Under the pieces are notes generated by a model, which saw only the letters and a program-made list of their open reading frames with translations, had not been told where the DNA came from and searched no databases. From the sequence record OP380604.1: 64,000 nucleotides of DNA, one strand, 5' to 3'. This document shows positions 23,512 to 34,027 of the stretch, in pieces. A program made the position numbers and the translations under genes. How positions within the stretch are numbered: the stretch's first letter is position 1; each line of letters begins with the position of its first letter.

Positions 23512-25466
23512 TAGCGAACTACCGCCTCCATTTGAATAGTGGTATATTGTGGTCTGAGGTTATTCTCGAACACAATCATTGTTCCGTCGGAAGTATAAAT
23601 GTTATCTTCAACGGGTGTTGCATGAAGTTCAATATAAGCAGAACTAAACTTATCGATATTCTGATTTAGAACACCTAGATTGAAAGAAATTTCATCAGCA
23701 ACATAATCAACTTCACCAACCGCATAATATAGATTTCTGCCGTCAATAACTTTGCGATCAAAGTCGTTTCCTGTATATGCAGAAACACCGGTGATATCAC
23801 CGGCCGCAAAAGGTCCAATCAAAGTTATACCAGCGTCTTTGTTGACTTTGCCGTTAAATGAAACATTGTTCTTTCTTGTACCGACATAATGAACATTATA
23901 ACTTGTTCCCGCTCTTGGAGTATACTTGATATCAGAGCTGTATACTGATCCTTCGGTAATCTTATTCAAGTATTTAATGCCAATCATTGGAGAAGAATAG
24001 AAATTCTCGATTTCGCGAACAAGACCGATATTCGTAGTAGTACCAAGAATTGATATATCAGCATCATCAATTCGTCCGTTCAGTTTGGATGTATAGAAGC
24101 CCTTGTTGAAAATCTCAACTTCTTCGATGTAATAGCGGTCAATTGCGTCCAATACTTTACCCTGTAGCCACTCTTCTGTTTGGCTCAAGTTATTCATTGC
24201 GTATGTTACCTTCACGTTCGATTTGACATATAGGTAATTCGGACTATGAACAACAGGGGTAATTGTTGCCACGTTGTATTCGCGCAGGAAGTTTTGAATA
24301 TCTTCTTTCTGAACGGTAGTCAAATAAAGCCCGTCTTTTGGCTTGATAGCAATAAATGCATATCCAGGCTTTTCTGAATCTGTATAACATTGAACAGCTT
24401 GAACGATGTTACCAAAACGGTAGTTGACGAAAGCCTCATAATCAGATCGAGTAACCGCACGGCGCTGGGTCTCTCTCATAATAGGTCCAAGTTCGCGCAG
24501 ACGCTCAATATCTTCCTCTCCACCACCACCGGCTGCACCTGTATAATTTGGGTCATCTTTTCCAAGCGGAGAAGTTGGGTTTTCTTCGATGCGCTCAACG
24601 ACAATATTTGGAATAGTATCAACGTATGCAAAATTACGACACCCGTTAGCGACTTTGCCGTCTGTAGTCAGATATTCAATAACGATAGTTGAACCAACAG
24701 AAGGCTTTAATCCACCCACGAAGCTTGAACTCAATTGTCCGTTGGCTTTAATTACTTTCTCGCCTTCACCGAAGAAAATCTCGGTATATCCGTCGATTGT
24801 TTCACGCTGATAAAATACAGTGCTTGTACCACCAACACTAACAAGCGGTTTAGTGGTCCAGTCCGTCCAAGGAGCGCCGTCAACATAAACACGAACATAG
24901 TTTCTATCAATACTGGTATCGTTAATCTCAATAATACTATCTTTCTGATAAATCATTTCCTGACGGATAATTCTACCCTGCTTCAACGCAAGATCCGTAA
25001 TATAACGATTGTTAATACCGCGGATAACTTGAACATCATCCCAAGTTACATAATCATAGAAATCTATATTCTCAATAGATCCGGTGAACTTTGTGCCACG
25101 AGGAATCGTAATAGAAATAGGACTTGATTCCATAGGACTGTAATATCCGGTGAATCGAACAGTTGTTCCACTCGCGCTCGCCGTAGAAGGCAAATAACCC
25201 TGATCCTGTACATGCTGAACAACCGACGATCTCAGTTGTGCAAGACGCAAGAAGCTTTCAAATACAGCGGCATTGCCGAACTGTTGAATATACAGAGTTG
25301 CATATGCCAGTAAATCAGTCAAAACAGATAAGCGACTACCAGCGAAATTATAATCTTTAAATTCATCCTGATTCTGCAACCAACGAATCAGTTTTACTTT
25401 GATTTGCTCAAACGAAGCACCGGTAAAATCCTTCGGCAAATCTACTGCATTAATCTTATTAGCCAT
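23511..25466 (-). CDS. gp6: baseplate wedge subunit
   Basis: FKDYNFAGSRLSVLTDLLAY, ETQRRAVTRSDY, FENNLRPQY. Confidence 0.96.
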   Translation of the reverse strand: MANKINAVDLPKDFTGASFEQIKVKLIRWLQNQDEFKDYNFAGSRLSVLTDLLAYATLYIQQFGNAAVFESFLRLAQLRSSVVQHVQDQGYLPSTASASGTTVRFTGYYSPMESSPISITIPRGTKFTGSIENIDFYDYVTWDDVQVIRGINNRYITDLALKQGRIIRQEMIYQKDSIIEINDTSIDRNYVRVYVDGAPWTDWTTKPLVSVGGTSTVFYQRETIDGYTEIFFGEGEKVIKANGQLSSSFVGGLKPSVGSTIVIEYLTTDGKVANGCRNFAYVDTIPNIVVERIEENPTSPLGKDDPNYTGAAGGGGEEDIERLRELGPIMRETQRRAVTRSDYEAFVNYRFGNIVQAVQCYTDSEKPGYAFIAIKPKDGLYLTTVQKEDIQNFLREYNVATITPVVHSPNYLYVKSNVKVTYAMNNLSQTEEWLQGKVLDAIDRYYIEEVEIFNKGFYTSKLNGRIDDADISILGTTTNIGLVREIENFYSSPMIGIKYLNKITEGSVYSSDIKYTPRAGTSYNVHYVGTRKNNVSFNGKVNKDAGITLIGPFAAGDITGVSAYTGNDFDRKVIDGRNLYYAVGEVDYVADEISFNLGVLNQNIDKFSSAYIELHATPVEDNIYTSDGTMIVFENNLRPQYTTIQMEAVVR

Positions 25467-25888
25467 TATCCAGCTACTCCCATTTTAAGTTCATACAAAT
25501 AGTTGAGATCTGTTATCAGTCGATAATACAGCGTAACGATATACTCGTTTCTGTCATATACTGGAATAACGGATACGTTTTCAATTCGAACACGAGGCTC
25601 ATAGTTGCCTATTGCGTCGTATATCGAGCGTTCAATCGCGGTAGCCGATGCCTCGCTCATGTTTTCAAACAACGAGTTATGAATATCGCATCCAAAATTG
25701 GGATCGAATGGACGTTCACCACGTCGCGTTCCAATAATTCCTGCCATAGATTGTTGAACAGCACTAACATTCGTGACTACGCTAATATCGTTGTCTCGGA
25801 AGTCTCGGCTAAAATCAGCAGAAATATCGGAATAATACTCTTTTGTATCAACCGCTAACATTCGCAGTCGATTTTTAAACAAACTCAT
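25466..25888 (-). CDS. gp25: baseplate wedge subunit / sheath initiator
   Basis: YSDISADF, SMAGIIGTRRGERPFDPNFGCDI, IGNYEPRV. Confidence 0.95.
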   Translation of the reverse strand: MSLFKNRLRMLAVDTKEYYSDISADFSRDFRDNDISVVTNVSAVQQSMAGIIGTRRGERPFDPNFGCDIHNSLFENMSEASATAIERSIYDAIGNYEPRVRIENVSVIPVYDRNEYIVTLYYRLITDLNYLYELKMGVAG

Positions 25889-25897
25889 GATTTCTCC

Positions 25898-26191
25898 TTA
25901 TGAAGCAAATACGCTTGTTGCCGACTTTACCAATATTTCACCATCGGTGCATACGTCTCCAATTTGAGCAATTGGCTTTCCTTCAACAAATACCTTAGAA
26001 GTGCTTGCAATAACTTTGCCTTGCTTCCAATCGGGTCCGTCTGGCCTTTCGTGTCTTATTACTTGATCGTCTTGTTTAACTACGATTTGTTGGCCCTCCG
26101 CAAATACAGTAGAGCTAGTGCCAACAACTTTTGAAGGTTTCCATGGCCCCGGTCCAATAGTTGGGGCCATGTTTAATACAATTCCTGCCAT
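25898..26191 (-). CDS. gp5.4: PAAR-like spike tip protein
   Basis: 97 aa from MAGIV; GPWKP, STVFAEG, STSKVFVEGKPIAQIGD. Confidence 0.85.
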   Translation of the reverse strand: MAGIVLNMAPTIGPGPWKPSKVVGTSSTVFAEGQQIVVKQDDQVIRHERPDGPDWKQGKVIASTSKVFVEGKPIAQIGDVCTDGEILVKSATSVFAS

Positions 26192-26192
26192 G

Positions 26193-26747
26193 TTATATCC
26201 TCGGAAATGGTCCACTCTTATTTATGTAATCTTTGAGTTTATTTGCCCATCCCTGATATGAACCATGAAGCGTCTGAACGTATGTTTTTGAGGTGTTTTG
26301 AACTGTGCCAGGAAGTTCTGGCTTGAGGGGATCGTACTTTTTATAAGTAATAGTAGGTTTGTATATTATTTGAGCTGACAATTCACCGGGTGGATTAAAC
26401 TCAATAATATCACAAGTCTTTGGATCAGAAGGCAACTCAGAGAAACCGTTAGCAGTTTTTATTTGAAGTGTTTTCCGATCTCTATATTTTATTGTAAACT
26501 TAGCTCCGTTCTTTTCAAAATAATCAACAAACTTGGGCTCAACAAGCAAGCCTCTTCTATTTCCACCATAATCTTCGATTATCACATTAACATCAACGCG
26601 AATTGATAATACAACTTCCGTTAGTGGATCAATATTTGCACCAAACTCAATAGTCTGACGAACGGGCAGATTTCCTGCCCCATCGTAATACTCATAGATA
26701 TTGGCATATTGTTCCCATCCACCATCCGGATCGACTATATTTGCCAT
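26193..26747 (-). CDS. gp5.1: gp5.1-like conserved protein
   Basis: position between gp5 and gp5.4; KTYVQTLHGSYQGWANKLKDY C-terminus. Confidence 0.7.
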   Translation of the reverse strand: MANIVDPDGGWEQYANIYEYYDGAGNLPVRQTIEFGANIDPLTEVVLSIRVDVNVIIEDYGGNRRGLLVEPKFVDYFEKNGAKFTIKYRDRKTLQIKTANGFSELPSDPKTCDIIEFNPPGELSAQIIYKPTITYKKYDPLKPELPGTVQNTSKTYVQTLHGSYQGWANKLKDYINKSGPFPRI

Positions 26748-26756
26748 TATTTTTCC

Positions 26757-28571
26757 TTAGTTTAGATTAATAGTTGAGCCACTTACTTGAGCAGTAGCAG
26801 AAGCTTCCATGGTAGCGTTTTGACCCTTCATCTTAGCGTTACCGGTAGCAACAACATCATAGTTTCCTTTAACAGTTAGTTTATAGTTTCCGTCAACATT
26901 TGATGTTTGGTTTCCTTTAATTCCCTGCGTAACGTTGCCGTCGATGTTTTGGTTAACGTTTCCGCTAATAAGTTGACCCACATTACCTTCGATAAATTGA
27001 TCAACGTTCCCAACAACATGTTGATTAACGCTTCCTTCTACCGTCTCTTGGACATTACCGCGTATCATCTGAGTCATATTACCGTCGATTGTTTGTGTAA
27101 CATTTCCCATGTAATACATTTCTGCGTTGCCCTCGATAACAACTTTCAGATTACCCTTGACGTTTAGATTTCTTCCGTTTTTGACAATCAGATAATCCTC
27201 GCCGACAATTTTAACTAACCGAGTTCCGTCTGGACGTATTTCTTCAAATGTGCCAGTCGGATGTTTTCGGTGATAACGTTCTTTGCCGGGAGTATCGTCA
27301 AATTCTTGAATATGCCCACTCTCGGATTCATAAACGTGATTATATGGATATTGAGCTGCGTAACTTGACTTCGGCTCCTCGAACATTATACGAGTCTTCG
27401 GCTCTTCTGGCGGATTTTCTGGGTCATCGGAATCTTCGATTGTAGCTCTAGGAGAAACTGTGCCGATGGGGTCTTCGTTATTCACTCGCATAAGCTTTGG
27501 AGCCGCTTCTGGAGTCATTACGCCATACGACTCTAAGTTACCCGTTAGAATAATTTTTGAAACTCTGGCAGAGCGTCCTGGAGTCTGTCTAGCCCACAAT
27601 GAGTCGCGTAATCCATTGTAAGCTGCTTGCCAATCTTCACGCGCCATAGCCGCTAGTGTGTTCTTGAACTTAGCTAGACCTCCTGCACCCATTTGAAAGC
27701 ACATATTCTCGATTGCCATTTGACGAGATCTGTTTGCTTTCATATAAACTTGAGCAATAGAAGTGAATCGCATAATATCGGCGCGAACTTTATTCAAATC
27801 TTGTGCAAATAGTTTACTGACTTCCTCGGATGTAATAACACCACCAGTAACAACTCGTCCAAGTTGAGCACTCAGAATAGAGTTGATTGTTACCAAGTTG
27901 CTTGTTCTTTCTCTTATAATCAAATGACCAATGCCGATTGTTGGATATCCCTCCGAGTCAAGATACCATTTAGTACGAACACCTTCATCTTGAACAAGCA
28001 TCTTTTCAATCGTGAAATTCGGATCATCATCAGGAATATATTCTCCGGCGGGCGTATCATCCGGTTTAACAGCTAGTCCAGTATTCTCATTCTGAGTATA
28101 AACGGAAATAGGCTCACCGTTTGGACCTACCATAGCTCCGCTACCAGAACCCCCGCTTCCAGGTTGTCCACCACCCGCCAATACGTTTACGTCATTACCG
28201 ACATATCTCGGATATTGTCCGTTCGGATCAGCGAATCCTTTTGTTGAATCTGGCTTATTTTTATAAATCCCTGGTAGAGATCCTATAATAACACCGTCTT
28301 GACAAAATGAATCTCTAAAATATCCAACAACATGTGAGCCTTCTACTAATCCAGTTGGACTTTGTCCTATACCGGACATAGATGCAGATGTAATTGGGAG
28401 CATTGGATGCATCCACAATAACTCTTCCGTTGGGATACCGTTCTTGTCGTTCTTTGCTTTTTGATTGCTATGAATTCCCATAACACGAACACGAACACGT
28501 CCCAAATCGAGAGGATCAAATCGATCCTCCACAACTCCTTCGAACCACTTATATTGTAATCCGTAAAACAT
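26757..28571 (-). CDS. gp5: baseplate hub spike and tail lysozyme
   Basis: WFEGVVEDRFDPLDLGRVRVRV OB fold, EGVRTKWYLDSEGYPTIGIGH lysozyme, YPYNHVYESESGH, 8-aa beta-helix repeats. Confidence 0.97.
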   Translation of the reverse strand: MFYGLQYKWFEGVVEDRFDPLDLGRVRVRVMGIHSNQKAKNDKNGIPTEELLWMHPMLPITSASMSGIGQSPTGLVEGSHVVGYFRDSFCQDGVIIGSLPGIYKNKPDSTKGFADPNGQYPRYVGNDVNVLAGGGQPGSGGSGSGAMVGPNGEPISVYTQNENTGLAVKPDDTPAGEYIPDDDPNFTIEKMLVQDEGVRTKWYLDSEGYPTIGIGHLIIRERTSNLVTINSILSAQLGRVVTGGVITSEEVSKLFAQDLNKVRADIMRFTSIAQVYMKANRSRQMAIENMCFQMGAGGLAKFKNTLAAMAREDWQAAYNGLRDSLWARQTPGRSARVSKIILTGNLESYGVMTPEAAPKLMRVNNEDPIGTVSPRATIEDSDDPENPPEEPKTRIMFEEPKSSYAAQYPYNHVYESESGHIQEFDDTPGKERYHRKHPTGTFEEIRPDGTRLVKIVGEDYLIVKNGRNLNVKGNLKVVIEGNAEMYYMGNVTQTIDGNMTQMIRGNVQETVEGSVNQHVVGNVDQFIEGNVGQLISGNVNQNIDGNVTQGIKGNQTSNVDGNYKLTVKGNYDVVATGNAKMKGQNATMEASATAQVSGSTINLN

Positions 28572-29797
28572 TAAGTTCTCCTAATATCGGAATCACTCAT
28601 TAACTCAAGATCCATAAAATATTGCTCCCGAGTTAGGAAGTGACGAACAGAGAAAACGATCCACTTGCCACTATCTCTGTTATTGCTATTTCCACTCATA
28701 CTCGGCACTTTCAAGTCGATAACACTTCCGCTTGTAATGTCGGTATTTCCACCAATACGAGCGAATGCGCGTTTGGCATTAAAGTTTGATCTATTTACTC
28801 TTTGAATACCGAGGCTATTACCGTTAGAACCCATGTTCAAATATTGATACATCTGATCCTCACTAGACATAAGGATACATGAATCACGATTGTTTCCAAC
28901 TGTGCCTCCATACCACTTATCCGTATTCAAAGTCTTATATACCTCTTTGACACTTTCAACTTCCAAGGGAGTAACTTTATAACTCTTATCAACAAGACTG
29001 TTTGAAATAACAGTCACGCCAAAAGCACCGTTTCTTGCCTGATCCCGTAAGTTATATCCGCGATCTCGAACAAACTTGATTACTTTTCCTTGAAAATTCT
29101 GGTCGCTTGTCATGTTATAAACATAAGTCGCAACCGGAGCAGTGTTGACAATACTCGATCCACTAACAAAGTTGATCTGATCTCTGTTCTCAAAGAAATA
29201 AAAGTTGCTATCTCCTTTCGTAATACTATCACCCGATTGAGAATGATTAACAAGATGTCCTATCACTTCAATCGGAGTCAAATTAGGAATAACAATATCT
29301 TTGTTATAAAGAGTTGGCTCAATCTTCATGTCAATGTCTTTGTATCCAAGAAGTTTGAGCATATCAGCAACAATAACATGGGTACCAACGTTGGAATAAG
29401 ACTTAGAAACTCTAACGAACTCGTTATCAATAGACCCAATACTCTCAAAGTGAAATTCAATTACACCACGACTCATTGTATTTGCGTCGGTAAACTCTTT
29501 ATATGAGTTAACACGGAACAACTTGGTGAACTTTTTACCAGCAGCACCGCCTGGGTATTTGTGATAAAAGCTGATCTCGATGTATTCATCACCTCTAGGA
29601 TTCATAGCAACATCGAGAAAATCGGCATCATTCTTAATCGTAAGAACACCAGTCATAAATCCCTTAGTCATTCCCTCGTTTATCTCGATTGAGTAAAACG
29701 CATCACTGACTTCAAATCCGTTTTCACCTTGCATTACCAGAATTCGCTCAATCGTGAAATTCTCAAGCGAGTTGGTACTAATACGTTCAACTGCCAC
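28571..29797 (-). CDS. gp27: baseplate hub protein (gp27-like)
   Basis: 408 aa between gp53 and gp5; FYFFENRDQINF, DITSGSVIDL..DSGKWIVFSVRH hub-family motifs. Confidence 0.6.
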   Translation of the reverse strand: MAVERISTNSLENFTIERILVMQGENGFEVSDAFYSIEINEGMTKGFMTGVLTIKNDADFLDVAMNPRGDEYIEISFYHKYPGGAAGKKFTKLFRVNSYKEFTDANTMSRGVIEFHFESIGSIDNEFVRVSKSYSNVGTHVIVADMLKLLGYKDIDMKIEPTLYNKDIVIPNLTPIEVIGHLVNHSQSGDSITKGDSNFYFFENRDQINFVSGSSIVNTAPVATYVYNMTSDQNFQGKVIKFVRDRGYNLRDQARNGAFGVTVISNSLVDKSYKVTPLEVESVKEVYKTLNTDKWYGGTVGNNRDSCILMSSEDQMYQYLNMGSNGNSLGIQRVNRSNFNAKRAFARIGGNTDITSGSVIDLKVPSMSGNSNNRDSGKWIVFSVRHFLTREQYFMDLELMSDSDIRRT

Positions 29798-30353
29798 GAC
29801 GAACTCTCTCCATTCTACGAGTCAACATATCCAGAAAAGTCTGCAAGTCAGCCGGACTCAAAATAAAAATGTTTCTCTTGTTTTCATTCTCATTCAACTC
29901 ATGTTCAATCGCACTAACAGGAGCAAGCGCACCCGTGTGCTGAACAAATCTATGAAGTGTGTCTCCAATATCATACCAGTTCTTTGATCCAACAGGAAAC
30001 TCTTTCATTCTGTAATACCGTTTGCCGTCAGAGTCAACATGATATAATACCGTGTTTTCTTTGTCCGGTAGATTCTTATATTTTTGCGCGGCAGAGCTAT
30101 AAACTTGCTCCTGCGATTTAATCCATCCATGAAACGGATCATAGATATTATTCAACATCAACAGAATCCAGTAATACGAACTGTTTCCATAAAGTCTATG
30201 AGCCAGCAATTCGGGACGGGGATCACCCGTCACGAAATAACGACGCAATACGAAACTACCAGCGACTTCATTAAAATACTTACCGTAACTCTTAAAAATA
30301 TTCGCAGTTGGAATACCGTTGTAGTTAATCGGGTCAAAAAATTGCATCAACAT
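29787..30353 (-). CDS. gp53: baseplate wedge subunit (LysM-like)
   Basis: FFDPINY, RPELLAHRLYGNSSYYWILLMLNNIYDPFHGW, ENENKRNI. Confidence 0.95.
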   Translation of the reverse strand: MLMQFFDPINYNGIPTANIFKSYGKYFNEVAGSFVLRRYFVTGDPRPELLAHRLYGNSSYYWILLMLNNIYDPFHGWIKSQEQVYSSAAQKYKNLPDKENTVLYHVDSDGKRYYRMKEFPVGSKNWYDIGDTLHRFVQHTGALAPVSAIEHELNENENKRNIFILSPADLQTFLDMLTRRMERVRRGS

Positions 30354-31426
30354 TATTTGCTTTCCTTACTAGCATATGAGCCAAAGAAGAATTGACCGGA
30401 ATCTTGTGAGCCCAAATTCTTTGTCAGACTTTCCCAATATTCTTTGAACACTGGACGCAATTCGGTGAATGTTAGTTCCAAATCAATAGCAATTGGATCA
30501 CCGGCTGTTCCCTCGAATGAGTTATAAATCTGTTCCGGTGTACTTGTGATTCTAATATTCGTTAACGCACACGGCCCCATTGCAAACTTGGGAGTGTATC
30601 TGATTTCAGCCGACGCGGATTGGCTATTAACTCTCTCCTCAAGATACCACAGCGGAGGAACTTTTAGAACTTGGATACTCTCAGTACCACCACCCGCACC
30701 AATCGATCCAAGAGCGTTTGATCCACCAGTAATACTACCCACCATTTCGTTGATAGAAGTTGTTCCTGTAACGGATGCAGAGCTATAAATCAGAAACGCA
30801 CGTATGATCTGTCCAACTTCTTTCAATTCAGCCAGATTCTTTGGACGCAAGTTATATAGAAACGTCTGTGATCGCAAAGATGTATTTTTATACATGTTCG
30901 CGCTTCTGCTACCCAACACCTTGCCACTCAGTTGCGCATTATATTGTTGAGTCGCTTTACCTAAATTAACAGTTACTTGTTGAATCGCAGTTTTCGCAAA
31001 TGCCACACCAAGATCTTTACCAGTTTCAATGAGTCCAGATCCAGCAGAGCCAGCGTAATTCATCATCATATCTTGCAAGAATCCACCGTCATTATCGCTG
31101 TATTCGTGACCGATATTCTGATTAAGATTTGGCATATACATCTGAATAACGGCAATAGTCTTCTCGTTGAACTTACCACTAACGCTATTCAAGCTTCGGG
31201 TCTGAATATCTGCATTGCTCAAACCTTGAGCAGCGGCATCAACGGCATAAAAGCATAGGTAGTTCTTGTGTCTGTCTGCCTCTCCCTTCATTGCGAGAGG
31301 ATATTGTAGTGCTTGAATCCCTGTCTCTCCACTTGGCGAGCTAAGAAATTCACCAATAAATTTACCAGCGGCGTCTGAAATCGTCTTGACACCGTTGTTT
31401 AACATAGTGATCGTTTTGTTGGCCAT
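30353..31426 (-). CDS. gp48: baseplate tail-tube cap
   Basis: LQYPL, IQMYMP, RSQTFLYNLRPKNLAE, FAMGPCALTNIRI, IDLELTFTE. Confidence 0.8.
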   Translation of the reverse strand: MANKTITMLNNGVKTISDAAGKFIGEFLSSPSGETGIQALQYPLAMKGEADRHKNYLCFYAVDAAAQGLSNADIQTRSLNSVSGKFNEKTIAVIQMYMPNLNQNIGHEYSDNDGGFLQDMMMNYAGSAGSGLIETGKDLGVAFAKTAIQQVTVNLGKATQQYNAQLSGKVLGSRSANMYKNTSLRSQTFLYNLRPKNLAELKEVGQIIRAFLIYSSASVTGTTSINEMVGSITGGSNALGSIGAGGGTESIQVLKVPPLWYLEERVNSQSASAEIRYTPKFAMGPCALTNIRITSTPEQIYNSFEGTAGDPIAIDLELTFTELRPVFKEYWESLTKNLGSQDSGQFFFGSYASKESK

Positions 31427-31445
31427 ATTAAGCTCCTTTTATGAT

Positions 31446-31459
31446 TATTTAGCTAAATA
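31446..31459. promoter_or_regulatory. back-to-back late promoters (palindrome TATTTAGCTAAATA) for gp48 and gp4
   Basis: perfect 14-bp palindrome giving GCTAAATA on both strands between divergent genes. Confidence 0.7.
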
Positions 31460-31477
31460 CAGTTAAAGGAGTTAGTT

Positions 31478-31948
31478 ATGGCAGAAACATATAAAGGCAA
31501 GTTTGTGCCTGAAAACAAAGAAAAATATAGAGGCGATGCCTCGAAAATAACATATCGTAGTAGCTGGGAACTTTTCATCATGAAAATGCTCGATAGAAAC
31601 CCAGAAGTCAAGTGGTGGAATTCAGAGGAAACTGTGATTCCTTATTTCTCAGAAGCAGACGGAAAGAAGCGCCGGTACTTCATGGACATGACGGTATGCT
31701 GGAAAAACGGAGATATTTCACTCTGGGAAGTTAAGCCTCGGAAAGAGACAATGCCTCCACAAATGCCAGCCAGAAATACGGCAGCGGCAAAGAAACGATT
31801 TGCACAAGAAGTATATACTTGGGGCGTTAATACATCAAAGTGGAAAGCCGCGATTAAAATATGCGAGCAAAAAGGTTGGAGATTTAATATAATCACGGAA
31901 GATACCTTGAAACGGATGGGATTCAAAGGGGTGAAAGATGATATTTGA
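31478..31948 (+). CDS. gp4: head completion nuclease
   Basis: YKGKFVPENKEKYRGD, YRSSWE, WNSEETVIPYF, RYFMD, EVKP, VNTSKWKAA. Confidence 0.96.
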   Translation: MAETYKGKFVPENKEKYRGDASKITYRSSWELFIMKMLDRNPEVKWWNSEETVIPYFSEADGKKRRYFMDMTVCWKNGDISLWEVKPRKETMPPQMPARNTAAAKKRFAQEVYTWGVNTSKWKAAIKICEQKGWRFNIITEDTLKRMGFKGVKDDI

Positions 31949-32930
31949 GGAAGTTCAGATTCCGGAAACTCCGGCTGAAAAGCGCAATAAGAAAGCTTGG
32001 ATTGATATCGGCGTCCGTTTTCTTGACGCAAAGAAAAAGAATCCAAGTTTGACTGTGAAGAAGTTCGCGGACGATAACGGACTTAAATACGAAACGTTTG
32101 GACGTGCTATGCGTCGTTATAAAGACGATATCAAAGAATATTACAGCGCGATTAATCCAAACAAGAATAAAGCGCAATGGGTAGAGCTTGGTGTTGCTTA
32201 CCTAAGAGCTAAGGAGAAAGGTATTACAATCTCCCAATTCGCAGATGATAAGAATCTCAATAAAGAAACCATGAGTCGTGCTTTCAGAAAATTCAGGGAT
32301 GATATCATCATCAAGAAGAATTTGGAAGATAGCATGAAGAATAAGTCCAAGTTGACGGCAAAGCAGAAATATGATTTGCTGAAACAGGATTTCAATGCTC
32401 AAGTAAAGCTAAGAACTCGGGACAGTGTTCAGAAGAATGAGAAGAAATCTAACGAGTGGTTTACTGATATTATCAAAAAGAACGTTCGTGGATTCAGGCC
32501 GAATAAGCCACAGATTGGCAAACTGTATACCTACATATATGACGCGAAGCATAAAGACACGTTGCCATATTGGGACGTATATCCGCTTATTGTTTATCTT
32601 GGTCCGAGTTTAAGATACCCAGGATTAATGATGGGCTTGAACTTGCACTATATTCCGCCGAAAGCACGTAAAGACTTCTTGGAAGAGCTTTTGAAATATG
32701 CCAGCACGGATCGTATTACCAATAAAACTTCGTTGAAGATTAACTGGGACAAAGTTAAATCGATGCGTGGCGCAGAGCATATGATCAAGGCATATATTCC
32801 TCAGAGAATTAAAGGTGGTATGATTGAGATCAAACCACAAGACTGGGTAAATGCGGTGTTTTTACCGACGCAAAAGTTTTTGTCTGGTGGCAAACCGTTT
32901 GGTGCACAGAAAGTCTGGAAGGGCTATTAA
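31938..32930 (+). CDS. gp2: DNA end protector protein
   Basis: YDAKHKDTLPYWDVYPLIVYLG, GLNLHYIPPKAR, IKAYI. Confidence 0.95.
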   Translation: MIFEEVQIPETPAEKRNKKAWIDIGVRFLDAKKKNPSLTVKKFADDNGLKYETFGRAMRRYKDDIKEYYSAINPNKNKAQWVELGVAYLRAKEKGITISQFADDKNLNKETMSRAFRKFRDDIIIKKNLEDSMKNKSKLTAKQKYDLLKQDFNAQVKLRTRDSVQKNEKKSNEWFTDIIKKNVRGFRPNKPQIGKLYTYIYDAKHKDTLPYWDVYPLIVYLGPSLRYPGLMMGLNLHYIPPKARKDFLEELLKYASTDRITNKTSLKINWDKVKSMRGAEHMIKAYIPQRIKGGMIEIKPQDWVNAVFLPTQKFLSGGKPFGAQKVWKGY

Positions 32931-32940
32931 TATTTTACAC

Positions 32941-32963
32941 AAGGCGGCGAATGCCGCCTTTTT
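32941..32963 (+). terminator. hairpin/terminator after gp2
   Basis: AAGGCGGC-GAAT-GCCGCCTT plus T-run. Confidence 0.65.
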
Positions 32964-32979
32964 ACTAAAGGAGTTTATA

Positions 32980-33969
32980 ATGGGCTTATTAGATACAGCC
33001 GCGAATTACATCAAAGAGATTCCGGGTAAAATTCCAGGAATGGCGAGTACAGCATTATCAGACGGCATTGATTATATTGCGGATAGATTAGCAGATGATC
33101 CGAATTCTACTCCGGACTTTGCGCGTTTTATGCGAGTGATCGAAAATAAAGATTTAGCAAGATCGAATACGTTTCTTGTTCGATTTGGGGATTTTAAATC
33201 CGTTGCTTCCGCGGACGGTATTTTGGGACACTTGGGTCCTCTAGGAGAGACGATTGGTGGGATTGGCGATGCGATTAACAAATCAACTGGTGGATTCTTC
33301 GGAGGCACCAATTTTAGTTGGCATCGTATTCAAGATATCGCGATGAATCAGGGCAAAAAGTTATTGAGTCCGAAGATCAAAAATATTATGGGCGCGATTG
33401 ACCCAACTCTAGTGAGAATGATTCCGGGTGCAGGTGAACTGCTTGACGGATTCTTGGGGTCTGATTATGACGTAAACAGAGATCTGGCGCTTATGGTAAA
33501 ATCGGTAAGCTTGCCTGGTGTTAGCTTTGATACACAATCAAACTACAACGAAAGAAAGCCGTTTACCGAAGTTCGAAATAGAACGGTTGATCCGATCAGA
33601 ATGACATTCTATTGCTCTTCCGATTACGCGGAACGTATTTGGTTCCTAACTTGGATGAACTCGATTCATAATCCCAAGAAGGGTACATTCGGCTTTTATA
33701 GCAATTACGCTCGGGACATTGATATCGTGACTTTAAACAGACGCGGAGTAATGACTTCCGTTGTTCATAGTGATGGGTGTTTTCCAGTTCGAGTTGGCGA
33801 AGTTCAACTGGATTACGAAAACAATAATCAGGTAGCGACGTTCGAGGTAGAATTTACCGTTAGCACAATGATTCATGCTGAACATGCTGGTAAAGATAAC
33901 TTGATCAACTCCGTAGAGTCATTCTATAACAGAACTAAACAAATGGTACGTGGAATCAGGAATGCATAA
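32980..33969 (+). CDS. gp54: baseplate tail-tube initiator
   Basis: start at MGLLD with AAGGAG SD; DLARSNTFLVRF, MVKSVSLPG, DPIRMTF, GCFPVRVGEVQLDYENNNQVATFEVEF. Confidence 0.8.
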   Translation: MGLLDTAANYIKEIPGKIPGMASTALSDGIDYIADRLADDPNSTPDFARFMRVIENKDLARSNTFLVRFGDFKSVASADGILGHLGPLGETIGGIGDAINKSTGGFFGGTNFSWHRIQDIAMNQGKKLLSPKIKNIMGAIDPTLVRMIPGAGELLDGFLGSDYDVNRDLALMVKSVSLPGVSFDTQSNYNERKPFTEVRNRTVDPIRMTFYCSSDYAERIWFLTWMNSIHNPKKGTFGFYSNYARDIDIVTLNRRGVMTSVVHSDGCFPVRVGEVQLDYENNNQVATFEVEFTVSTMIHAEHAGKDNLINSVESFYNRTKQMVRGIRNA

Positions 33970-34027
33970 TCATTATATGATTGCAATACTATCCAGTAAA
34001 CATTGATCGTCAGATTGCGAGCGTAGC

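Noticed and set aside
26850-27120. novel repeat at the gp5 C-terminus
   Set aside because: This is the known 8-residue beta-helix repeat of gp5.
32851-32979. N-terminal extension of gp54
   Set aside because: Overlaps gp2 and its terminator; the ATG at 32980 has a strong SD.
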